The notes: generated by a model from the letters alone, not told the origin. Counted from the stretch's first letter, positions 1 to 8,026 are shown. The stretch: 32,000 nt of DNA from Candidatus Woesearchaeota archaeon (GCA_016188265.1 JACPID010000011.1:1-32000); one strand, 5' to 3'. Program-made: numbers and translations.

Positions 1-46
1 ACCACAAACCACGCACTACCCACCACCAACCAAACTATGGGTGTTT

Positions 47-781
47 TTATCCTACGTATCTTAATTCTTTTTTTTCTTTAATTTCTTGTGTTTTCATTGC
101 TTTTTGCATAATGTCTTTAATTCTTTTTTCAAATTCAACAGCTTGTTTAAGTAGTGGTTTGTAATCAACATTAAGTGAGAGGTACTTATCAAGTACTTCT
201 ATTATTTTTGCTGCTGCACGGCTGTCTGGCAAATTTGAATATGTATCAGCAAAAAATGCCATTAAAGGCAGTTCTGCTTTTTCTAAAAGCGCTGCTGTTA
301 CTCCTACAACAGTGCCTTCGCCAATGCAGGTTAATCCTAAATCTAATAATTTTTTTTCAATTTTTTTATCTCTTGTAAAATAAAAAGCATTTGGTTCGGC
401 AGTTGTCATCTCTGAAGATGTTGCTATTCCTTCAATTGAAATTATTTCTTTTGCTTGCAGTTGTTTGCATATGTCAATAACTGAATCAGCTGCTTTCCAT
501 TCTATATATAATGGTGATGTTATAGAATGAATTAAAACAAGATTATATTTTTTGTTATACCAAATACTTACAGGATCTATTAATTTGCATTTGTGGACTG
601 AAACAATTGGTGCAACCTCTTTTGATTCAAAATGATGTTTGCCTATTTGTTCAAATTCTAATTTTTCAAGAAGATAACTAGTAGTTATTGTTGCAACAAC
701 TCCTAAACCAGGAAAACCTTCTATAACTGTAACTCCTTTTGGCTTTTTTGTTAATTTAACTAAACTTCCTTTTTCATCCAT
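47..781 (-). CDS. PAC2-family proteasome assembly chaperone-like protein (COG1938-type)
   Basis: The N-terminal 'VIEGFPGLGVVATITTSYLLEKL' pattern is typical of the PAC2/ATP-grasp-like family. The length is ~244 aa. The track start at 790 is TTG; an in-frame ATG lies at 781. Confidence 0.65.
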   Translation of the reverse strand: MDEKGSLVKLTKKPKGVTVIEGFPGLGVVATITTSYLLEKLEFEQIGKHHFESKEVAPIVSVHKCKLIDPVSIWYNKKYNLVLIHSITSPLYIEWKAADSVIDICKQLQAKEIISIEGIATSSEMTTAEPNAFYFTRDKKIEKKLLDLGLTCIGEGTVVGVTAALLEKAELPLMAFFADTYSNLPDSRAAAKIIEVLDKYLSLNVDYKPLLKQAVEFEKRIKDIMQKAMKTQEIKEKKELRYVG

Positions 782-855
782 TGTATGCAATAAACTTAAT
801 TACAGAACTATTTAATTGTTTTGGTAGTAATATTTTAATATTTCACTGCTTTTAT

Positions 856-1569
856 ATGCTTATGCTTACAAAATCTCATTATTATTTTTTTATTTTTTTA
901 ATTGTTTTATTTTGCATTGGAGCACTTTCAATTACTTTTTCTTTTACTGGTAATACTGTTGGAGATTTTCAAAAACTTCCAATGCCAAAATATCCTGTAA
1001 TTCTTTTTTTTCAGGAATTTAATAATTGGATTAATAAATTGCCTTTGTTTTTAGAAAAACCTGAACCAGTAGTAATTGAGATTAAGCCAAAAACTTCAAC
1101 AACTATTTATGACTTTGGAGTTTTTGGAACTGGTGATAAAAACCAGCTAGTTGATGACTCAAAATATGTTCTTTCAATTTACAAATCAAAACTTGATCCT
1201 GAATTTATTGATTGGGAGGGTCTTAAAGTTATTGCGCAATGTATTAAAGATGATGGTGTTAATGTTGTGTATGATTTTACTGTTCAAGGAATTTTAAGAA
1301 AATCAGCAAAAACTAAAACAGTAACAATTAAGTCTGCTAGTGTTGTTTTTCCTAAAGAGTTTTGCTATCAAAGCATTTTTCCTGATGAAACTCATTTTAG
1401 AATTAAAACTTTGTGTGATGAAAAAGAAAAAGAAGGCGGCATTTTTGTTATTCCTCTTTCACTAAAGTATTCTATTCGTTTGCTGGGAAATGAAGTTTTT
1501 GCTCCTATGCATAGAAGGCCAACACAGCGTTTGTCAAGATTTGTTCAATTTCAAGGAAATTGTGTGTAA
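856..1569 (+). CDS. hypothetical membrane-anchored protein
   Basis: Open frame with one N-terminal hydrophobic segment ('YYFFIFLIVLFCIGALSITFSFTGNTVGD'). The track start at 781 is TTG and overlaps the divergent gene; the first ATG is at 856. No recognisable domain. Confidence 0.45.
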   Translation: MLMLTKSHYYFFIFLIVLFCIGALSITFSFTGNTVGDFQKLPMPKYPVILFFQEFNNWINKLPLFLEKPEPVVIEIKPKTSTTIYDFGVFGTGDKNQLVDDSKYVLSIYKSKLDPEFIDWEGLKVIAQCIKDDGVNVVYDFTVQGILRKSAKTKTVTIKSASVVFPKEFCYQSIFPDETHFRIKTLCDEKEKEGGIFVIPLSLKYSIRLLGNEVFAPMHRRPTQRLSRFVQFQGNCV

Positions 1570-1605
1570 ATATTTATATACTTATTTTTTTTTAGAGTTG
1601 TTAAA

Positions 1606-2337
1606 ATGAAGTTCCAAAATATTATTATAATTATTTTGTTGTTAATGTTTAGTGCTTGCAGTCAGCCTGTTGTTGTTAGTTCTTCAGGTGAAGTTGTTGA
1701 TAAACGTTTAGCTACTGTTTCTGGAAGATCTGAAATTGCATCTGCTCCTGATCAAGCAGAAATTGATGTAAGTGTTATTTCAAAAGGACGCACTCCAAAA
1801 GAAGTTCAGGAAAAAAATGCTGAAAATATGAATTCAGTAATTAATGTGCTTAAAAAATGGGGTTTTACTGATAAAGAGGTTCAAACAGGCCGTTATGATT
1901 TACAGCAGGACAGAAGATGGGATCCTGATACTAATCAGTATGTTGATTTAGGATACATAATTACTAATTCTGTTCACATTACAGCTAAAAAACTTGATGT
2001 TGTTGGTGATATTCTTGATTTGGTTGTTCAAAATGGTGTAAATCAAATTGAAAGAGTAAGGTTTAGTTTGAGCAAAGAAAAGCAGCGTAATGTTTTTGAT
2101 GAAGCTCTTAAAAAAGCTGCTGAAGATGCAAAATCTAAAGTAGATGTTTTGGTTAAAACACTAGGTGCAAAAATTAAAAAAGTGCACTCAATTCAAGAAA
2201 ATAATTTTATTATTAGGCCCTACGAATATGAAGGTTTTGCTCTTAAAGCTATGGCTGAAGTTAGAGCTCCTACGCCCATTATTCCTGAAGATGTAGAAAC
2301 AACTGCTCAAGTTACTGTATCTTTTGAATTAGAATAA
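1606..2337 (+). CDS. SIMPL/DUF541-domain secreted protein with lipobox-like signal
   Basis: Signal 'IIIIILLLMFSAC'. The overall pattern (PD.AEI...V, GRYDLQQ, GY...N.V.I, KKAAEDAKSKV..L) matches my memory of the SIMPL/26-kDa periplasmic immunogenic protein family. Confidence 0.65.
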   Translation: MKFQNIIIIILLLMFSACSQPVVVSSSGEVVDKRLATVSGRSEIASAPDQAEIDVSVISKGRTPKEVQEKNAENMNSVINVLKKWGFTDKEVQTGRYDLQQDRRWDPDTNQYVDLGYIITNSVHITAKKLDVVGDILDLVVQNGVNQIERVRFSLSKEKQRNVFDEALKKAAEDAKSKVDVLVKTLGAKIKKVHSIQENNFIIRPYEYEGFALKAMAEVRAPTPIIPEDVETTAQVTVSFELE

Positions 2338-2809
2338 ATATTTTTTTTGCATTTTCTTCAGAAAATCCTTTTTCAAGCAGTTTAGTATACATTATTTTTC
2401 TATGTTTTTCATTTTCTTTTTCAAGTTTTTGTGTTTCTTCTTCACGCTCTTTTATTTTTTTAAGCTTTTTTAATGTTTTTTTATAATGATTTATTAATTC
2501 TTCAATATCATTTAAATTTGAGCTTTTTGCTAAATTCTCAAAACACTCAATCTTTTTTTCAACATCTTTAATATGGTCTTCTGTTGATATTTTTTCATAA
2601 GCTTCTAAGTCAAAATTAGGATAGTTTGCATAAATTTCTGCACTTTTAATCAACAATTTTTTATTTAATGTTTCTATTTTTTTTGTTTTTTCATAACAAT
2701 ATATTAATGTTTCAAGGGAGATTTCAACATCTTTTTTTTTACTTTCAGGCACTACTTGTATTAATTGTTTGCATAAAGAAATATAATCTTCATAATCTTT
2801 TAATTTCAT
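2312..2809 (-). CDS. hypothetical coiled-coil protein
   Basis: 165-aa K/E-rich ORF. Its ATG overlaps the stop of the upstream 98-aa ORF (ATGA overlap at 2806-2809), which suggests translational coupling. Confidence 0.45.
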   Translation of the reverse strand: MKLKDYEDYISLCKQLIQVVPESKKKDVEISLETLIYCYEKTKKIETLNKKLLIKSAEIYANYPNFDLEAYEKISTEDHIKDVEKKIECFENLAKSSNLNDIEELINHYKKTLKKLKKIKEREEETQKLEKENEKHRKIMYTKLLEKGFSEENAKKIFILIQKIQ

Positions 2810-3102
2810 TTTCTTAAGCTAGTAAGAGGTTCGCCTTCTTTTAAATTTTTTAATCTTGCTTTAATTTGTTTTGACATTAATTTTTTTACGCGCATCTCTC
2901 TCATCTGCTGTGCTAGTGCATTGTCTTGAAAAACAGTGTTAATCCAATCTGAAAAATCATTTTTTTCATTGCTTACATGATGATGAAATGCGGATTCACT
3001 TAATGTTTCAAGTGTTTCTGCAAGTTGTTGTGCATTTTTTATTTTTCTGCCATCTTTTAATTGTAGTTCTTGGCCTTCTGGAGCATCTTGTAATATGTTC
3101 AT
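2806..3102 (-). CDS. small conserved-looking hypothetical protein
   Basis: 98-aa ORF containing 'AFHHHVSNEKNDFSDWINTVF'. A TATA-like 'cttatatag' lies ~22-30 nt upstream of the ATG on the minus strand. Confidence 0.45.
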   Translation of the reverse strand: MNILQDAPEGQELQLKDGRKIKNAQQLAETLETLSESAFHHHVSNEKNDFSDWINTVFQDNALAQQMREMRVKKLMSKQIKARLKNLKEGEPLTSLRK

Positions 3103-3134
3103 AAATTCTTTTTATTAATTAACTATATAAGTTT

Positions 3135-4511
3135 TTATCTTTTTGGCTCTTTAATAAATGAAAATATTATAAATGATAAAACAAAAAAAGGTATTAGAAA
3201 AAGCATTGCTATTCTTTGGCTTCCTGTTAGTACTGATATGCTTCCAAAAATAATTGGTCCGGTTGTTGCTGATATTTTGCTTGCAAAACCATTAAAGCCA
3301 AAAAACTCGCATCTTTTTTTTTGAGGCACTAATCTGCTAAGCCATGATCTGGCTATTGCTTGACTAGAACCAATTACCAGCCCAGTCATTACTGCAATTA
3401 TGTAAAACATTGTTTTGTTAGTGGTTGCTGATAGCAAAGCAACAATAATAATCCACAAAACTATTGATGTTAACAAAATTTTTTTACTTCCTTTTTTGTC
3501 ACTCAACACCCCGAAAATAATAGTTGCTGGAAAGCCTATAACTTGAATAATAATGTAAATCAGAGAAATATCACTCATCGCAAGTTGAAGAGTGTTTGTT
3601 GCATAAATTGATATAAAAGAAAACAAAGTAACCAGTGAATCATTTACAAAATAAAATGCTAAAAAAAACCAAAACAATTGCTTGTACTTTTTGATGTTTT
3701 TGATTGTGTTTAAAACATTTTTAAAACCAAGAGTGGCTAGTTCAAAAAAGTTTTTTGAATGATTTTTCACTTTTTCTTTTATATAAAAAAATGCAGGCAA
3801 AGAAAATAATAAATAAAATGCAGCTGTTGCTGGAAATGTTAGTTTATACCAAAATTCAAACTCGCCAAAATATCCATTTTTAAATAAAGGATAAAAAGCA
3901 AACAGTGCAACTAGTCCTCCTAAATAACCCAATCCCCACCCGAGTCCGGATATTCTTCCTGCAGTTTCCTTTCTTGCAATATGTGTTAAAAAAGAATCAT
4001 ATAAAACAATTGCTACATCAAAACAAAAATTAGTAAGTATAAACAAAACACTTGCAAAAAATAAATTGCTTTTGCTTGTAAAAAACAATGATGCTGTTCC
4101 TAAAACTGCAATCAAAGTAAACCAAACAAATTTTTGTTTTCTTCTTTTATCATAATCAGCAATAGCTCCAACAACTGGAGAAAATAATCCTGCAGCAAGA
4201 ATAGAAATACTTACTGCCAGCCCCCAGTAAAAATCACCCATTTCAGCTCCAGCAATAACTTCTTTGAAATAAACTGGAAAAACCATTGTGAAAATAAGCA
4301 AAGAATAAGATGAATTAGCAAAATCATACAAAGCCCAAGATATTGTTTCTTTTGTCAAAAATAGTGTATTGTTGCCATTTTTGATCACAGTCAAAAATCC
4401 AAGGGTATTGCCAATAACTGCTTTATTGGATTTTTGATGTTTTGAAATTTTTTCAAAAAAACCCATCAAATAAAAATATGATGTAAAGAAGTATATAAAC
4501 ATTAACTTCAC
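3135..4511 (-). CDS. MFS transporter, UMF1/Atg22-like
   Basis: Roughly 12 hydrophobic segments and the 'WALYDFANSSY' motif characteristic of the UMF1 family. The start is uncertain (GTG at 4511, ATG at 4502). Confidence 0.7.
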   Translation of the reverse strand: MKLMFIYFFTSYFYLMGFFEKISKHQKSNKAVIGNTLGFLTVIKNGNNTLFLTKETISWALYDFANSSYSLLIFTMVFPVYFKEVIAGAEMGDFYWGLAVSISILAAGLFSPVVGAIADYDKRRKQKFVWFTLIAVLGTASLFFTSKSNLFFASVLFILTNFCFDVAIVLYDSFLTHIARKETAGRISGLGWGLGYLGGLVALFAFYPLFKNGYFGEFEFWYKLTFPATAAFYLLFSLPAFFYIKEKVKNHSKNFFELATLGFKNVLNTIKNIKKYKQLFWFFLAFYFVNDSLVTLFSFISIYATNTLQLAMSDISLIYIIIQVIGFPATIIFGVLSDKKGSKKILLTSIVLWIIIVALLSATTNKTMFYIIAVMTGLVIGSSQAIARSWLSRLVPQKKRCEFFGFNGFASKISATTGPIIFGSISVLTGSQRIAMLFLIPFFVLSFIIFSFIKEPKR

Positions 4512-4550
4512 TACCTACGCAATTGAGTGATTAAACATTCTGAACTCTCC

Positions 4551-4565
4551 AAAGCTTTTATAAAT
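4551..4565 (+). promoter_or_regulatory. BRE/TATA-like element upstream of the acyltransferase operon
   Basis: 'aaagcttttataaat' is followed by the SD-like 'gagagaggtga' (4586-4596) and the ATG at 4600. Confidence 0.35.
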
Positions 4566-4599
4566 TCTAAATCTTTATTTCTAGTGAGAGAGGTGATTT

Positions 4600-5178
4600 A
4601 TGCTTAGATTGTTGTCTTGGAAGTTGGTACTTGCTTTTTTTAGGTTATTTCAGCATTCTGTTGTTGGTATTGATAATATTCCTAAGCCGCCGTTTATTAT
4701 TGCAGCTAATCATGAAGGTTATCTTTCTCCTTCAATTATTTTAAGGATTTTTGTTAAAAAGCTTAACCAGCCTGTTTATTCTTTGGCTGCTGTTTTGTGG
4801 TATAGTTTTATTTATTTAAGATGGTTTAATTGCATTACTGAGGGTAATGCTGTTAATAAATGTGTTAATTTATTGAAACAGGGAAAATGTATTTTGATAA
4901 TGCCTGAAGGCAGGAGAAATTATTCTAGTACTATTTCCGATTACAAAACTGGTGTTAGTGCTGTTGTTTTATTGAGCGGTGTTCCTGTTGTTCCAGTAGG
5001 TATTAAAGATTCCATTAATTTTCCTTGGTTTTTTAAAGCAAAAGTAAGTATTGGTAAACCAATTATTTTTGAACATTTTCCTAAAAAAATTATTCCAAGA
5101 AATGTTTTAGTTAAAAAAACAAATCAAATTATGAAAACTGTTGCGAGTTTAAGCAATAAAAAAATAAAGTTAATATGA
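4600..5178 (+). CDS. lysophospholipid (PlsC-family) acyltransferase-like protein
   Basis: Block I 'AANHEGYLSP' retains His, but the HX4D Asp position is Ser. Block III is 'IMPEGRR' (compare FPEGTR). Confidence 0.55.
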   Translation: MLRLLSWKLVLAFFRLFQHSVVGIDNIPKPPFIIAANHEGYLSPSIILRIFVKKLNQPVYSLAAVLWYSFIYLRWFNCITEGNAVNKCVNLLKQGKCILIMPEGRRNYSSTISDYKTGVSAVVLLSGVPVVPVGIKDSINFPWFFKAKVSIGKPIIFEHFPKKIIPRNVLVKKTNQIMKTVASLSNKKIKLI

Positions 5179-6623
5179 AACTAGAAAGTATTACTCCTAA
5201 ATTAGTTGAAAAGGTTCAAGATGTTAGATTTAGAGCTACAGTAAGATGCCTTTTGTCTCACGTTCCTGCTTACAGAGAGTTTTTTTTAAAAAATAATATT
5301 GATTTTTTTCGTATTAGAAAAATAGATGATTGGCAAAAATATAATCTTCCCCTTATAACAAAGTTGTATTATCTTAAAAATCCTGAGAGTTTTGTTGTTA
5401 AAGTTAAAAAAGATGCTTTTGATGTTTACAAAGAATATCAGTATTTCTTAAAACAAGGTTATTGGAAATATGTTTGGAAAGGATTTCTTGCAAGAACTTC
5501 GTTAAAAAATGAGCTTAAAGAGTTTTTTCAGCCTCATATTCCTTTTTTTTCAGGAGGAACAGAAAGCGGTGTTCCTACGCCTGTTTTTTTAACAGTTCAA
5601 GAAACAAAGTTGTTGGCAAAATCTATTGGGACGGTTGCAGGTTTATGGATTCAAAAATTTATGCATGAAGAAAAAACAGTTGGTATGAACTTGTTTCCTT
5701 ACGGACCGCATCTTGCTTGGCATGCAGTTCATACAGCATTTAGTAATCATGTTGATTTTAATATTGGTACAGCCGCAGGCGGTGCAATGCGTACACAGCA
5801 GCTTGTTCTTTTAGCAAGTAAATTTCAGGCAAATATTTTTGCAGGTATGGCTGATTATTTTAAGAATAGATTTCTTCCTGAATTAGTAAAACAAAAACTA
5901 AAACTTCCTAAAAGAATTTTGTTTGTTAATGGCGCAACAAAAATGCATGTTATTGAACGCAGACAAATTGAGGATTTGGCAAAAAAAGCAGGTGTAAGAA
6001 ATTGCATTATTCTTGACTTGTATGGAGCTTCTGAATTTAAAGAATCTTTGCTTCCTGAATGCACACAAGATTCTGGATTTCACCAGGTTGATCCATTTTC
6101 AACAGCTTTAAGAGTTGTTCAAACTCATTCTTCTGCAAAAAACGGCCTTATCTATAAATGGGAGTTTGCTCAATCTTATGGGCTTATGACTGTTTTTAAT
6201 CTTGATGGCGCAGGAACACTATTAGAGGGCTATCTTTTAGGTGATATTGTTTCTATTACAAATAAAAAATGCCATCATTGTAAGCTTCAAGTTCCAAAAG
6301 TTTTATCTGTTGATAGATTAAAGCATGTTTCTGCACAGCTTGCTTTAACAGGAATGGTTGAAGCAAAAGTTAAAGGAGCAAGAGTAAACCTTTCTGCACT
6401 TAGAGAGCGTATTCTAAAAATTCCAGGTGTTAAAGAAGTTCAGCTTGTTGTTAAAAAAAATCAGTGTATTATAAATGTTGTAGGTGATAAAAATAAAACA
6501 TTTTTAAATATTAAACAAGAAATTTCTAAAGAAGAATTCACACCTGTGCTAAAATATACAACCATTGAGTATTTATACTCTGGAAAGTACAAATTCAATC
6601 CTATTATAATAGAATCGCAATGA
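5175..6623 (+). CDS. adenylate-forming (ANL) enzyme, PaaK / coenzyme F390 synthetase-like
   Basis: 'FSGGTESGVPTPVF' sits at the position of the ANL P-loop (SSGTTGKP). The size is 482 aa. The ATG overlaps the upstream stop (ATGA at 5175-5178). Confidence 0.5.
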   Translation: MKLESITPKLVEKVQDVRFRATVRCLLSHVPAYREFFLKNNIDFFRIRKIDDWQKYNLPLITKLYYLKNPESFVVKVKKDAFDVYKEYQYFLKQGYWKYVWKGFLARTSLKNELKEFFQPHIPFFSGGTESGVPTPVFLTVQETKLLAKSIGTVAGLWIQKFMHEEKTVGMNLFPYGPHLAWHAVHTAFSNHVDFNIGTAAGGAMRTQQLVLLASKFQANIFAGMADYFKNRFLPELVKQKLKLPKRILFVNGATKMHVIERRQIEDLAKKAGVRNCIILDLYGASEFKESLLPECTQDSGFHQVDPFSTALRVVQTHSSAKNGLIYKWEFAQSYGLMTVFNLDGAGTLLEGYLLGDIVSITNKKCHHCKLQVPKVLSVDRLKHVSAQLALTGMVEAKVKGARVNLSALRERILKIPGVKEVQLVVKKNQCIINVVGDKNKTFLNIKQEISKEEFTPVLKYTTIEYLYSGKYKFNPIIIESQ

Positions 6624-6653
6624 ATAAATATTAATTGTTGTTTTCTTAGTATT

Positions 6654-7214
6654 ATGATAATCACAATATCTGGTAATCCTGGTTCTGGTAAAAGCACTGT
6701 TGGTAAGCTTCTTGCTAAAAATTTAGGATACAAGTATTATTCTATAGGTGACTTGATGGGTAAATTTGCTGCTGAACAAGGCATTACTATTGAAGAACTT
6801 CAAGAAAGGCGCAAAACAAATTTAAAATGGGATAGAGAAATTGATAATTATCAAAGACAGCTTGGTATTGAAGAAGATGGTTTTGTTCTTGACAGCCGTC
6901 TTGGGTGGTATTTTATTCCCCAATCATTTAAAGTATTTCTTGATGTTGATGAAAAAGTTGGTGCAGAACGTGTTTTTAAAAACCAAAGACCTGATGAAAA
7001 AAAGTACGAAAGTGTTAACAAGTTATTAAATGCTCAAAAGCAAAGAATAAAAGCAGATGCAGAACAATGGAAAAAATTATATCGTATTAATTTTCTAGAT
7101 CATAAGAACTATGCAATAATTATTGACACCACTAAATTAACAGCTGAGGATATTGTTTATAAAATAATTGAAGCTTTAGCTTTGAAATCAGAAAAAGAGC
7201 GAAAATATTACTGA
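6654..7214 (+). CDS. cmk: archaeal-type cytidylate (CMP) kinase
   Basis: The N-terminus 'MIITISGNPGSGKSTVGKLLAKNLGYKYYSIGDLM' carries a P-loop. The length is 186 aa and 'LDSRLGWYF' matches the archaeal cmk pattern. Confidence 0.75.
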   Translation: MIITISGNPGSGKSTVGKLLAKNLGYKYYSIGDLMGKFAAEQGITIEELQERRKTNLKWDREIDNYQRQLGIEEDGFVLDSRLGWYFIPQSFKVFLDVDEKVGAERVFKNQRPDEKKYESVNKLLNAQKQRIKADAEQWKKLYRINFLDHKNYAIIIDTTKLTAEDIVYKIIEALALKSEKERKYY

Positions 7215-7316
7215 AAGAGGCATCTGAAGAGGAAACAAAATAATAAATGTTGTTGTAGTTGATTTAGGAAATCACTATAAATTAATTCATGCAGGCGAAT
7301 TTACATTAAGTAAAAA

Positions 7317-7326
7317 GTTTAAAAAG
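7317..7326 (+). promoter_or_regulatory. TATA-like box in front of the hairpin-dense block
   Basis: 'gtttaaaaag' is the same decamer found upstream of spt5 (10085-10094) and is close to 'gcttaaaaag' upstream of the FKBP gene. It lies ~25 nt before 'tgtcaagaacc' at 7349. Confidence 0.3.
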
Positions 7327-7348
7327 CTAATGAGGGATAAAAATGGAA

Positions 7349-7585
7349 TGTCAAGAACCACTGGTCAATAGACCAGTGGCATGAAACTTCGGTTTCAGCA
7401 TCCAGTGGTTCACAAGAAAATGCAACACATTTTCTGTGCACAGAAAATCTTCGATTTTCTAGTGCTTGAGCACACCAAGATTCAATCGAAAATGCAAAAC
7501 ATTTTCGGTGTGTCAAGAACCGCCGGGCTAAAGCCCGGGGCGTGTTCTTGATCACGCTCAGAAATCGCAAAAAGCGTGGCTTTTT
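7349..7585 (+). ncRNA. candidate structured ncRNA or nested MITE-like hairpin block (unclassified)
   Basis: At least 8 consecutive hairpins are present. They are 7358-7379 (9 bp), 7382-7397 (C-UUCG-G loop), 7411-7438, 7442-7460, 7462-7473, 7487-7507 (flanked by cacac/gtgtg), 7514-7550 (caagaac/gttcttg enclosing ccgggc-taaa-gcccgg) and 7553-7578 followed by the T5 run 'gcttttt'. The block is visibly GC-richer than its surroundings. Three hairpins share the stem GAAAAT/ATTTTC. Confidence 0.35.
7511..7568 (+). repeat. copy A of a ~60-nt structured repeat element
   Basis: The layout is 'tgtcaagaac'-hairpin-'cgtg'-'ttcttgatcacgctcagaaatcgc'. The 21-mer at 7548-7568 is exactly the reverse complement of 13222-13242. 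Confidence 0.6.
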
Positions 7586-7652
7586 GAGAACCACTACTAA
7601 ACCACTAATGAAACACTAGTGGAATCTTAGTGTTTGAAAATCTAAAGCTAAA

Positions 7653-7856
7653 ATGCGAATGTGGCGGAAAGATGGGAAAGATAAAAACAGAATGGAAAGG
7701 AATAGAAGTAAAAATCTCCTTACAGTGAAGTTAAGGAAAGTAGGAAAAAGCAATATTGTTACAGTACCACAACCAATAATGGAAGCTGAAAACTTAAAAG
7801 AAGGCCAAAAATTAGAATTGAAGATAGAAGCTGGTAAATTAGTTTTGACCCTATAA
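7653..7856 (+). CDS. AbrB/SpoVT-like (MazE-type) small DNA-binding protein, possibly frameshifted
   Basis: The C-terminal 'TVKLRKVGKSNIVTVPQPIMEAENLKEGQKLELKIEAGKLVLTL' matches the swapped-hairpin AbrB pattern. An upstream out-of-frame piece (7630-7728) encodes 'LKCECGGKMGKIKTEWKGIEV', which resembles the Zn-ribbon N-terminus of the paralogue at 28239-28643. Confidence 0.45.
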   Translation: MRMWRKDGKDKNRMERNRSKNLLTVKLRKVGKSNIVTVPQPIMEAENLKEGQKLELKIEAGKLVLTL

Positions 7857-7964
7857 AATATAACGAAATAGTAAACGCCCCATTAGAAGAATATCTGAGT
7901 TGTAAGCTAAACATCTTGCAATCCCTGCTCGTTTTTTCATTCCTTCAAACACTTGCTCAGCACT
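7851..7964 (-). pseudogene. remnant of an ABC-transporter ATPase gene (signature to Walker B segment only)
   Basis: The minus-strand translation 'SAEQVFEGMKKRAGIARCLAYNSDILLMG...' resembles 'LSGGMKKRVAIARALA..P.ILLMDEP'. Only ~37 codons remain and there is no N- or C-terminal ATPase context. Confidence 0.3.
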
Positions 7965-8026
7965 CTAAACTTTCTACGTACTAGTGAGAGTAACGCTTAA
8001 AAAGACTTCATCTTTTCTATATTAAA

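Noticed and set aside
1-46. C/A-rich stretch 'accacaaaccacgcactacccaccaccaaccaaac' at the window edge
   Set aside because: Its composition is atypical for this genome, so it might be the end of an RNA gene or of a minus-strand gene. It is only ~40 nt long and truncated by the window, so no call can be supported.
7319-7594. 91-aa minus-strand ORF in the track
   Set aside because: It reads straight through the hairpin-dense block. Its internal repeats ('HRKCFAFS' / 'HRKCVAFS') are just the translated repeated hairpins. No start context or family resemblance is visible.
7349-7640. CRISPR array, RNase P RNA or SRP RNA as the identity of the hairpin block
   Set aside because: The repeat spacing is irregular (162 nt and ~75 nt), with no repeat-spacer periodicity. 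None of the universal motifs I know is present (GGAAAGUCC / ACAGAA..GGCUUA for RNase P, helix-8 GGAA / AGCA loops for SRP). No CUGAUGA..GAAA hammerhead core is present either.
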